Below the pieces are notes generated by a model. It did no database searches. It saw only the letters and a program-made list of their open reading frames with translations, and had not been told where the DNA came from. This document shows, in pieces, positions 30,980-39,017 of a DNA stretch of 59,113 bases. Origin of the DNA: Candidatus Kapaibacterium sp. (GTDB taxonomy: Bacteria > Bacteroidota > Ignavibacteria > Kapaibacteriales > UBA4661); the NCBI GenBank assembly GCA_025363605.1, contig JANYDO010000135.1, positions 1-59,113 on the forward strand, in the 5' to 3' direction. The translations under genes were made by a program, and so were the position numbers. The first letter of the stretch is position 1; every line of letters starts with the position of its first letter.

Positions 30980-31966
30980 CTACAAAGCACTTCCCTTCAA
31001 ACCCAAACCCGCCGTTTCCGGCAGTCCGAAAAGCAGATTCATATTTTGTACCGCTTGTCCCGATGCGCCTTTGAGCAAATTGTCAATCACCGAAACAATG
31101 TGCAGCATTGCGCCGTGCTGCTCCAGAGAAATCACACACTTGTTGGTATTTACCACCTGCTTCACATCAGGACTGGATTCGGTGAGATGGACAAACGGAT
31201 GCCGGGCGTAATACTCACGATAGAGAGACCGCACAGATTCAAGGCTTTCAGTACATTTCAAGTAAGTAGAAGCGAGAATACCTCGCGTAAAACTGCCGCG
31301 CATCGGCACAAAATAGATGTTCGCACTTTCACTAAACGACGGCTGAAGTGTACGCAAACTTACCTGAATCTCGCGCAAATGCTGATGTTCAAATGCTTTA
31401 TACACCGAAACATTCCCCGACCGCCACGAAAAATGCGACGTTTGCGAAAGCGCTTGCCCTGCCCCCGTTGAACCCGTAACGCCCGTGCAATGGACTTCCT
31501 TCGGCAGCAAACCTGCCTTTGCAAGCGGCAGCAAGCCAAGCTGAATACACGTCGCAAAGCAGCCCGGATTGGCGATATTCACGCCGCTAGCGCGAGCAGC
31601 AATGATGCGGTCTCTCTGCAATTCAGGCAGACCATAGAGCCACTCTGCACTATCGGCATAGCGGAAATCTTGGCTGAGGTCAATCACACGAACGCTTGAC
31701 GGAATCACGTTTGCAGCCAAAAACTTTTTCGCTTCGCCATGTCCTAGACAAAGGAAAAGTACATCCACATCCGTAAGAATCTCGCTTGTGAAGCACAAAT
31801 CCGTATCGCCCAGCACGTCCGTGTGAACGCTTGCCACAGGCTTTCCGGCATTGCTGGTGCTGTGAACAAAAGAAATGTGCGCGTTGGGGTGGTGTAGCAA
31901 AATACGAAGCAGTTCGCCGCCCGTATAGCCAGCGCCGCCGATGATGCCAAGTGAAATTGTGTTCAT
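30980..31966 (-). CDS. argC: N-acetyl-gamma-glutamyl-phosphate reductase
   Basis: From ORF 30980..32056, trimmed to the ATG at 31966 (MNTISLGIIGGAGYTGGELLRIL). Active-site motif NPGCFATC. Confidence 0.85.
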   Translation of the reverse strand: MNTISLGIIGGAGYTGGELLRILLHHPNAHISFVHSTSNAGKPVASVHTDVLGDTDLCFTSEILTDVDVLFLCLGHGEAKKFLAANVIPSSVRVIDLSQDFRYADSAEWLYGLPELQRDRIIAARASGVNIANPGCFATCIQLGLLPLAKAGLLPKEVHCTGVTGSTGAGQALSQTSHFSWRSGNVSVYKAFEHQHLREIQVSLRTLQPSFSESANIYFVPMRGSFTRGILASTYLKCTESLESVRSLYREYYARHPFVHLTESSPDVKQVVNTNKCVISLEQHGAMLHIVSVIDNLLKGASGQAVQNMNLLFGLPETAGLGLKGSAL

Positions 31967-31986
31967 AGTGTAAGCAATATTATTTC

Positions 31987-32886
31987 TTATTTCCAACCGG
32001 TAAGTTCCATCATGCGCGGCAGAAAGGATTTCAGCGCTTCGTTCCAATAATCCCACGAGTGTTTGCCGGGAGTTTCGTGATATTCATAACGTAATTTTGC
32101 TGCATACAGTGAGTCGCGGACTTCACGATTGCCCGGAACGATGTGCGAAAGCGGGTCTTGAATACCGGTTGCGAGATAAACATAGGGAAGATGCTGCTTT
32201 CGTGCCGAATCAAATGCTGTTACCGTGCGAAGTGCTGTAAAAACGCTCTGTTTCTCGCGTGCCGAGCTATTTTCCTTCCCAAAGGCTTCTTGCAGACTCG
32301 GAAGCGCAAAATCGCCGTTGTTGCCCTTTGCAGCGCGATTCCATCCTTCCCGCACACGAAGGTCGCGCGGCATCGTGAGCGCACCGCTAAAAGAGCCGAT
32401 AACGCTATACCGCGCAGGATATTTCATGCCCAAAAGCACCGCTCCGTACCCACCCATCGAAAGCCCTGCAATAGCTTGTTTGCTGGTGTCGGCGGCATAA
32501 CGGCTGGCAACGAGCGCAGGAAGCTCGGAAGCAATATAGTCCTCAAAGCGTCCGCGCGGATTCACGGCGCTATTGACATACCACGAGTTTTCACCGTCGG
32601 GCATGACGACGATGAGGTCGTACCACGCGACATCTTCGGCAAGATGCGTTTTCGACGACCAATCTTTGTAGCCGCCCCCCCAGCCGTGCAGCAGATACAG
32701 CACGGGATACCGCCGCGCAGTGTCGTAGCCCTGCGGCAGCATGATTCCAAACGTCTTCATGCGCTGCAAGACGCTTGAATAGGCGCTGTCCGCGAGAAGA
32801 AGCGTCTGGGCAGGAAGTGACAATGCCGACGCGATAAACGTCAGAACAATCGCGGTAGTCGTTACTACCTTGCAAGCTCGAGCCAT
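31987..32886 (-). CDS. Secreted alpha/beta-hydrolase, putative esterase family (esterase D-like)
   Basis: Signal peptide. Motifs YPVLYLLHGWGGGYKDW and the nucleophile elbow GLSMGGYGA. Confidence 0.7.
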   Translation of the reverse strand: MARACKVVTTTAIVLTFIASALSLPAQTLLLADSAYSSVLQRMKTFGIMLPQGYDTARRYPVLYLLHGWGGGYKDWSSKTHLAEDVAWYDLIVVMPDGENSWYVNSAVNPRGRFEDYIASELPALVASRYAADTSKQAIAGLSMGGYGAVLLGMKYPARYSVIGSFSGALTMPRDLRVREGWNRAAKGNNGDFALPSLQEAFGKENSSAREKQSVFTALRTVTAFDSARKQHLPYVYLATGIQDPLSHIVPGNREVRDSLYAAKLRYEYHETPGKHSWDYWNEALKSFLPRMMELTGWK

Positions 32887-32891
32887 GATGA

Positions 32892-34664
32892 TTACTCCAA
32901 TGCCCGTTGAATCAAAGGTCGAAGGTCTTCGTGGCGTGTTTCCGTCGCGCCATTGAGCCGCCCAACGACCATGCCGTTGCGATCAATCACAACGTGGATC
33001 GGGAAAGCCTCTACGCTATATTTCTGTGAAACTTCCGATGCCTTTGGTACAATAGTGTAGGTAAACGGTGATTTTTTGAGAAATGCTTTTAAGTCTCTTT
33101 CATCGTCGAGGGCAAGAGCAAGAAACACTACGTCTTTTTTGGCAAATTCCTTCACAAGCGTGTTCAAGCTCGGAATTTCCTGACGGCACGGCGCACAGCC
33201 AACAAACCAAAAATTCAGCACTACCGCTTTACCTTTCAATTTTGCAATATCATACGTTTTACCATCCAAACCTTTTGCTATGAAAGTGGGAGCGGGCTTC
33301 CTGCTCAGTGCTGCAATGCTATCGGATTTTTGCTTCAGAAACGCCGCAAAGCCTGAATCTGAGCCGCGAATCCGTTTATACACCGCAAGTGCTGAGTCTT
33401 TTGCTGTTTTCGAGCCAAGAGTGTATGACTTTACAAATGCCTCTTGCGCAAGCGAGGGCTGACCACTTTGCAGGAGCAGAGAACCTTCCTTGGCAACAAG
33501 TTCACTTTGTGTGTCAGCATCAAACTCAAACGTATGTGCTGCTTTGAGTACAACAAGAGCTTGCCCCGTACGCCCAGCAGCAATCAATGCGTCTGATATT
33601 TGATTGTAGTACTCACCCATGTCGTAACTATTATTCAATTGGTATCGTACTCGAATTTCGCCTTTCATCATGAGTTCAAGCAGGTGCTGGGCAAACAAAG
33701 CAATACTGTCTGAGGCGTATTTTGTCCGTTTTGCTACTTGAAGATACGCCAAGTATGCTTCAGGATTATTCGGCTCTTTTGCTATCCACGCATCAAGAAT
33801 GTTCTTGGTTGTAGCAAGAGTGAGCGTTGTGTCAGCAAAATTACGTTGTACCATTTTTCTGGCAAAGGAACTTGTTGGAAAACGGACGGCAATAGAGCGA
33901 ATCAGCGCACGAATCTCCCATTTTGACGAATCATTGCCGTACTCCATAGAACAGCGAATCAGCTGCTGCTCAGTGTATGGAGAAAGCGGAAATTCCTTGC
34001 CTAAGCGCCTCAACATTTCGTAATATTCAGGCATCTTCTCAAGCTGTTTGTACGCCGAAGCCAAAGCACTGTATTGTTCGGGACTCGCTGTATTATTCCG
34101 TGTTAGTGTAGTGAGGTCATTGATAACCACTTGCTTGAGCTTGGCTTCATCAAATTTTTTGCCATACTGAAGATATTCCCATTTGACAGGATATGCCAGA
34201 AAATAGTCAGGATACAATGCCATTTCCTTCGAGAACGCCGTACTATCATCGCTCCCAATCTTGCTTACGACAGCTCCACGAGCAGGAACTCCGTCTTTGC
34301 GGAGTGCAATACAGTCATCATTTTCCTGCAGCCATTTTTCAGGTGTCTGAATGTAAATAATTGCTCCTCGTACTGAATCTTCAACAACATATTTTCCGAC
34401 AAACATTTTATCGGTTAACACCATTTTAATACTGGTGTCTTTGAAAGAGCCATTCGTCATCGTGCAATAAAAGATAGCATACACCTCATCTCGAACGGAC
34501 AAGGTTGCTTTCGTTGCTTTGGTATTGTAATAAACAGTCAACGTGTCGCCCCAGCGCACCTCTTTGGGGGAACACCATACCACTTTTTCTTGAGCTGAGG
34601 CTGAAGGCAAACTGAAGCACACCAGCACATAGCTGGCGAAGAAACAAAACAGAAGACGCTTCAT
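32892..34664 (-). CDS. Secreted TlpA/ResA-like thiol:disulfide oxidoreductase with a long helical-repeat N-terminal region
   Basis: From ORF 32892..34736, trimmed to the ATG at 34664 (MKRLLFCFFASYVLVCFSLPSASAQ). The C-terminal thioredoxin fold carries VVLNFWFVGCAPCRQEIP (CxxC). Confidence 0.7.
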   Translation of the reverse strand: MKRLLFCFFASYVLVCFSLPSASAQEKVVWCSPKEVRWGDTLTVYYNTKATKATLSVRDEVYAIFYCTMTNGSFKDTSIKMVLTDKMFVGKYVVEDSVRGAIIYIQTPEKWLQENDDCIALRKDGVPARGAVVSKIGSDDSTAFSKEMALYPDYFLAYPVKWEYLQYGKKFDEAKLKQVVINDLTTLTRNNTASPEQYSALASAYKQLEKMPEYYEMLRRLGKEFPLSPYTEQQLIRCSMEYGNDSSKWEIRALIRSIAVRFPTSSFARKMVQRNFADTTLTLATTKNILDAWIAKEPNNPEAYLAYLQVAKRTKYASDSIALFAQHLLELMMKGEIRVRYQLNNSYDMGEYYNQISDALIAAGRTGQALVVLKAAHTFEFDADTQSELVAKEGSLLLQSGQPSLAQEAFVKSYTLGSKTAKDSALAVYKRIRGSDSGFAAFLKQKSDSIAALSRKPAPTFIAKGLDGKTYDIAKLKGKAVVLNFWFVGCAPCRQEIPSLNTLVKEFAKKDVVFLALALDDERDLKAFLKKSPFTYTIVPKASEVSQKYSVEAFPIHVVIDRNGMVVGRLNGATETRHEDLRPLIQRALE

Positions 34665-34713
34665 AAAAAAAACACGAAAAAATGAGGAGAACGTTATTTT
34701 GATGAACTGTGTG

Positions 34714-35121
34714 TTAGACATTATTGTTAGCAGCAAGAAACGTAATAATTGCTTCTATCAAAACTCGTGCTGTATTTGTTATTTCCTGCGCTTGTTCGGG
34801 GGTTATTGGCTCAATTGTTTTATAGTCCGATGCTTGGCGCAAATCAAATGCGCGGTGTAGGTCTTTGGAACGTTGCTTATCGAAAAGTCCTGTGCGAATA
34901 TACATCACATCGAACAAACCGATAATACCTGTATGCTTTGAAGGAAGCGGCGAGGTATCTTGTAATAATGCCAAAACGGCATAAAACATTGCGTAATAAG
35001 CCCGATTAACAACGCTTAAGCCACTGCGGTTATGCGAAAGCAGGAACTCCGCATCTTCCAACGCCGATTGTGCCTGCTCCATACGGTATTGCCGTAAAAC
35101 CTTGATTTCGTCCGGCTTCAT
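34714..35121 (-). CDS. HEPN-domain protein (toxin partner of the MNT/HEPN module)
   Basis: 135 aa. NRAYYAMFYAVLALL and DLRQASDY (R-x4-DY/H region). Its start overlaps the upstream MNT stop by 4 nt. Confidence 0.7.
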   Translation of the reverse strand: MKPDEIKVLRQYRMEQAQSALEDAEFLLSHNRSGLSVVNRAYYAMFYAVLALLQDTSPLPSKHTGIIGLFDVMYIRTGLFDKQRSKDLHRAFDLRQASDYKTIEPITPEQAQEITNTARVLIEAIITFLAANNNV

Positions 35122-35429
35122 AGCGATTCACCTTCCATCGTGATGGCGCGAACAAGCGGCGACAACGATTCGCGCTCATAAACCGATTGAGAATACACCA
35201 ACGGCGAAAGGATAATTCCCCGGTCAAATCCCGCTTCCCATGCACAATCGCTGATAAAACGGTCAGTTTGGGCATCAAGTTTTTCAACGACAACAAGCAC
35301 ATCCATATCTGAATCCGCTTCGGCGTTACCACGCGCCCGCGAACCAAATACTCGTATAAGAATCGGCTCAATACGCTCTAACAAAAGCGCACGAAATTGT
35401 TCAAGAATGGCTTGTTCTGTTGAAGTCAT
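35118..35429 (-). CDS. Minimal nucleotidyltransferase (MNT) antitoxin-type protein
   Basis: 103 aa. VFGSRARGNAEADSDMDVLVV (the GSxxRG...DxD polymerase-beta-type NTase signature). Confidence 0.8.
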   Translation of the reverse strand: MTSTEQAILEQFRALLLERIEPILIRVFGSRARGNAEADSDMDVLVVVEKLDAQTDRFISDCAWEAGFDRGIILSPLVYSQSVYERESLSPLVRAITMEGESL

Positions 35430-35481
35430 AGCCTTACATTCACATAATCAAAAAATGAGTGATAACGTATTTTCTAAAAAA

Positions 35482-35766
35482 TCACGGTACTTCCTCGTGT
35501 TCAAGAGAAGCGTGGATGATAGCTGTGACAAGTTCTTGTAGGGAAACACCGTGCTTTTCGGCTCGTGCTTGGAGGCGATGTGCATCTTCACTAGACAGGG
35601 CAAGATACAATTCTTTTGCCATTAAAGGCTTGACCGATGCAGCTTGTTGAAGCTCTACGAGTGTTGTTTTGCCTTTTTCCGTCCATTCGCCGCGTTCATA
35701 CGATTCGAGAATATCACGCTCCTCCTCATCAAGGTTATCACTTGGATTGTTGGGGTTAGTTTGCAT
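35482..35766 (-). CDS. brnA: BrnA-like antitoxin (RHH/CopG-type C-terminus)
   Basis: 94 aa. EEERDILESYERGEW... followed by a C-terminal ribbon-helix-helix-like LSSEDAHRLQARAEKHGVSLQELV. Located immediately downstream of the BrnT-like gene. Confidence 0.7.
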   Translation of the reverse strand: MQTNPNNPSDNLDEEERDILESYERGEWTEKGKTTLVELQQAASVKPLMAKELYLALSSEDAHRLQARAEKHGVSLQELVTAIIHASLEHEEVP

Positions 35767-35773
35767 AACAAGC

Positions 35774-36049
35774 CTATTCGGAATTAAGAAATCGTTTTGT
35801 CGCCTTGCGGCTTGGAATAATTGTTTTCAAAAATACTTCATTTTCTGATTCAACAAATGGAACAACATACGCATAGCCACGAATTTCTACCGTGAGAATT
35901 TGCTGATGAGGATATTTTTCCTGATTGGGATGCGCTTCTATGGCGAAAACACGCCCCGCGAGGATACTTTCTTGAACATCTTCAAAGGAAATATGACGCT
36001 CCTGCTTCAGCAATTCATTTTTGTTCGGATTCCATGCAAGTGGCTTCAT
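35774..36049 (-). CDS. brnT: BrnT-like toxin (DUF497 family)
   Basis: ~91 aa. WNPNKNELLKQERHISFEDV...VVPFVESENEVFLKTIIPSRKATK fits the BrnT pattern. The ATG at 36049 shares one base with the argG TGA (TGATG). Confidence 0.7.
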   Translation of the reverse strand: MKPLAWNPNKNELLKQERHISFEDVQESILAGRVFAIEAHPNQEKYPHQQILTVEIRGYAYVVPFVESENEVFLKTIIPSRKATKRFLNSE

Positions 36050-37233
36050 CAATCTCCATTCACACTATTAAACATCATCGCCTGATTCGAGACAATCTTC
36101 GCAAAGCCGCGCACGTCCTGACCCGACCACGCATTATTCATCTCGCCGTATTTACCGAATTTTGCTTGCATCAGGTCGTGTGGCGAGGAAATACCGACCA
36201 CGTGGAAACGGTACGGAGCCAGATACACCTTCACCGTGCCGATTACGGTTGCTTGTGTGCTTTCCAGCAGCGTTTCGCAGTTGCGCATGGCCGGCTCCAA
36301 GAATTGCCCTTCGTGCAGCAGCGAACCGTACATCGCGGCGGCTTGCTCTTTGAGCGCGAGTTGCGCTTTGGTGAGCGTGTGCTTTTCCAACGTGTGATGC
36401 GCTTTGATGATAATAAGCGGCGCGGCGGCTTCAAATCCCACGCGCCCTTTGATGCCGATAATCGTGTCGCCGACGTGAATATCACGCCCAATAGCAAACG
36501 GCTGTGCCAATTCCGCAATGCGCTGTATCGCTTGCACGGACGGCATCGTTTCGCCGTTCAGCCCCGTCAGTTCGCCTTTGGTGAAGTGCAGTGTCAGTTC
36601 TTCCGGCTCGTGCTTGGAAAGCTGCGTCGGGAAAGCGCTTTCGGGCAAGTATTCGTCGGATGTCAGCGTTTCTTTGCCGCCGATAGTCGTTCCCCACAAA
36701 CCTTTATTGATAGAGTATTGCGCTTTTGTCCAATCTTGACTCACGCCGTTCTGAATCAAAAACTCAATTTCCTGCTCACGCGAAAGTTTATTGTCGCGGA
36801 TAGGCGTGAGAATAGCAACATTAGGAATAAGCACCGTAAAAGCCGCATCAAACCTCACTTGGTCATTGCCTGCGCCTGTGGAGCCGTGCGCAACGAAGTC
36901 CGCACTCACTTCTTTCGCATATCCGGCAATAGCAAGCGACTGAAACACGCGCTCGGCGCTCACCGAAAGCGGATAAGTGTTGTTTTTCAGCACATTGCCG
37001 AAGACAAGATATTTGATACACTTGGCGTAATAATTGGCAGTTTCGTCGAGCGTAACGTGCTTCTGTACGCCGAGCCGGTATGCACGGGCTTCGATTTCCC
37101 TCAGTTCATCGGCAGAAAAGCCGCCGGTATTGACAATCACGGAGTGAACGGTCATGCCTTGCGCCAAGAAGTATTTTACGCAGTAGGACGTATCCAAGCC
37201 GCCCGAATAGGCGAGAACAACGAGTTTGGACAT
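36049..37233 (-). CDS. argG: Argininosuccinate synthase
   Basis: 394 aa. N-terminal AYSGGLDTS ATP-pyrophosphatase motif. Length and overall pattern are typical. Confidence 0.9.
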   Translation of the reverse strand: MSKLVVLAYSGGLDTSYCVKYFLAQGMTVHSVIVNTGGFSADELREIEARAYRLGVQKHVTLDETANYYAKCIKYLVFGNVLKNNTYPLSVSAERVFQSLAIAGYAKEVSADFVAHGSTGAGNDQVRFDAAFTVLIPNVAILTPIRDNKLSREQEIEFLIQNGVSQDWTKAQYSINKGLWGTTIGGKETLTSDEYLPESAFPTQLSKHEPEELTLHFTKGELTGLNGETMPSVQAIQRIAELAQPFAIGRDIHVGDTIIGIKGRVGFEAAAPLIIIKAHHTLEKHTLTKAQLALKEQAAAMYGSLLHEGQFLEPAMRNCETLLESTQATVIGTVKVYLAPYRFHVVGISSPHDLMQAKFGKYGEMNNAWSGQDVRGFAKIVSNQAMMFNSVNGD

Positions 37234-37433
37234 AGAGTAAAACGATTGAAAGATAGGTGAAGATGAATTTATGTTGTGATTTTGGGGACACGGATGGTAC
37301 CGATTGGAGCGGATAAAGAGGGATTCAGAACAATTTACACTCTCTGCATTTCATTTGCTCTCCAAAAAATCCTTCTTCATCTGTTTTTATCCGTCATCTC
37401 CGTGTGCTACAATGCTTGAACATCGTAGATTCT

Positions 37434-38741
37434 TTACGCCGCCACGACCCAGTCCTTAAAAATTCCCGCTTCCTCGGTCGTGATGCGGGCGGTCAGTTCG
37501 ATACCATCATCGCCGTCGTGCCGCTCCATTACTTGCCCCGTGCGATAAATTTGCGCCAGTTCGCGCATAGCGCTGTACGGCAAAAGCAGATGCACGACTT
37601 CGTGCCGTGCGTCGCCCATTTCCAGCATGATTTCTTGCAGCGTAGAGATATTGATACCGCGCTGCGCCGACACGCCCACACTCTGCGGATAATCCGCCTG
37701 AAGCGCGTGCAGAAGGTCAAGGTCGGGCAACATATCAATTTTGTTAAAGACCATCACGACGGGCTTATCGCCGGCACCGATTGCGGTCAGCGTCTCCGAA
37801 ACAGCGCGAATTTGGTCGCGGAACTGATGGTGCGACACGTCCACTACGTGCAGCAGCACGTCCGCCTCCAGTGTTTCTGCCAGCGTGCCGCGAAACGATG
37901 CCACAAGCTCTGTGGGCAGCTTCCGAATAAAACCGACGGTGTCCGAAAGAAGCACGTTTTTATGCAGTGTGTGGTCGCTGTTGGAAAGTTCGACCAAACG
38001 AACAGTCGTGTCCAGCGTAGCGAAAAGTTTGTTTTCCACGAGCACTTCTGCTCCGGAAATCGCGTTCATCAGCGTAGATTTTCCGGCATTGGTGTAGCCC
38101 ACGAGCGCGAAACGCTGCATGGTGTCACGCCCCTTGCGCTGCTCGGCTTTCTGAACGGCGACGTTTGCCAGTTTTTCTTTCAAGAACGCTATTTTGTCGC
38201 GCACCAAACGGCGGTCGGTCTCAATCTGCGTTTCGCCCGGACCTTTCGAGCCGATACCGCCGAACTGCTTGGAAAGGTGCGTCCACATCCGCGAGAGACG
38301 CGGAAGCAAGTATTGAAGCTGGGCAAGTTCGACTTGCAATCGCGCCTCGCTTGTACGCGCCCGCGAAGCAAAAATGTCCAGAATCAAGCCCGTTCTGTCC
38401 ATCACTTTGATTTCCAATTCGCGGCTCAGATTGCGGGTTTGCGCGGGTGTGAGTTCATCGTCGAAAATAGCCAATACAATATTGTCTTCTTGTACCATTT
38501 CCTTGATTTCTTCGAGCTTGCCACGCCCGACAGCCGTTGCGCCGTCCGGTTTGGCACGGTCTTGATAAATTTTACACATCACCTCTGCGCCTGCGGTTTC
38601 GGCAAGGAAAGCAAGTTCTTCTAGGTGTTCGAGTGATTCTTCACGGGAATAGGTGCGATTGCCTACGCCAATAGCAATGGCGCGTTCGCGGGGGATATTG
38701 ATAAGTTCGTGCAAAGGATAGAGCAAAAAAGGGTGAATCAA
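37434..38741 (-). CDS. hflX: GTPase HflX
   Basis: 435 aa. HflX N-domain followed by G1 GYTNAGKSTL, G3 DTVGF and G4 NKID. Confidence 0.85.
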   Translation of the reverse strand: MIHPFLLYPLHELINIPRERAIAIGVGNRTYSREESLEHLEELAFLAETAGAEVMCKIYQDRAKPDGATAVGRGKLEEIKEMVQEDNIVLAIFDDELTPAQTRNLSRELEIKVMDRTGLILDIFASRARTSEARLQVELAQLQYLLPRLSRMWTHLSKQFGGIGSKGPGETQIETDRRLVRDKIAFLKEKLANVAVQKAEQRKGRDTMQRFALVGYTNAGKSTLMNAISGAEVLVENKLFATLDTTVRLVELSNSDHTLHKNVLLSDTVGFIRKLPTELVASFRGTLAETLEADVLLHVVDVSHHQFRDQIRAVSETLTAIGAGDKPVVMVFNKIDMLPDLDLLHALQADYPQSVGVSAQRGINISTLQEIMLEMGDARHEVVHLLLPYSAMRELAQIYRTGQVMERHDGDDGIELTARITTEEAGIFKDWVVAA

Positions 38742-38769
38742 AAGGAATCTGAAGCGGAATCTTGATAAT

Positions 38770-38837
38770 CACAGACAGGAGTGTCTGTGCCACAAAAGCC
38801 AGATTTTATACAGTAGCACAGACACTCTTGTCTGTGC
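38770..38837. repeat. Nested-palindrome repeat, copy A (two units in tail-to-head order)
   Basis: CACAGACAGGAGTGTCTGTGC (38770-38790), a 25-nt spacer, then GCACAGACACTCTTGTCTGTGC (38816-38837). The units are reverse complements of each other with 1 mismatch, and each is self-complementary (CACAGACA-N4-TGTCTGTG). Located between the pnp 3' end and the hflX start. Confidence 0.85.
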
Positions 38838-38876
38838 AGGCCTGAAAATGTCCAGACTATTGAAAGAAATATGCTT

Positions 38877-38966
38877 AAAAAAAAATCGTCGCACATCATT
38901 CCACAAGCCGCCGCCATCACGAACAGAGTTCTGAAGCGGCATTGCGTGGTGAATTGTGTGCGACGA
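38877..38966 (-). terminator. Long structured terminator downstream of pnp
   Basis: Arms TCGTCGCACA (38886-38895) / TGTGCGACGA (38957-38966), with further imperfect inner pairing (CCAC..GCCGC / GCGGC..GTGG). On the minus strand it is followed by U9 (A9 at 38877-38885). Confidence 0.55.
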
Positions 38967-39017
38967 TACCAAAGTTGTCATCAATATTTGTCGTCAATTC
39001 AGACGAAGCAGCGTTTA

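Noticed and set aside
36034-37260. 408-aa ORF on the plus strand. Similar long antisense ORFs occur at 37404..38624, 12081..13067, 11142..12059, 25220..26176, 16831..17682, 51568..52302, 29668..30534, 48883..49722 and 53153..53848.
   Set aside because: Each lies exactly antisense to a gene with unmistakable family motifs (argG, hflX, RM, GH13, HK, and so on). Their translations are Arg/Cys/His/Phe-rich with no motifs, the typical picture of shadow ORFs in a mid-GC genome.
37291-37411. Imperfect inverted repeat (ACACGGATG...GCGGATAAA / TTATCCGTCATCTCCGTGTG) upstream of argG as an ArgR-type operator.
   Set aside because: The arms are imperfect and ~70 nt apart, with no resemblance I can verify to ARG boxes. 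The evidence is insufficient.
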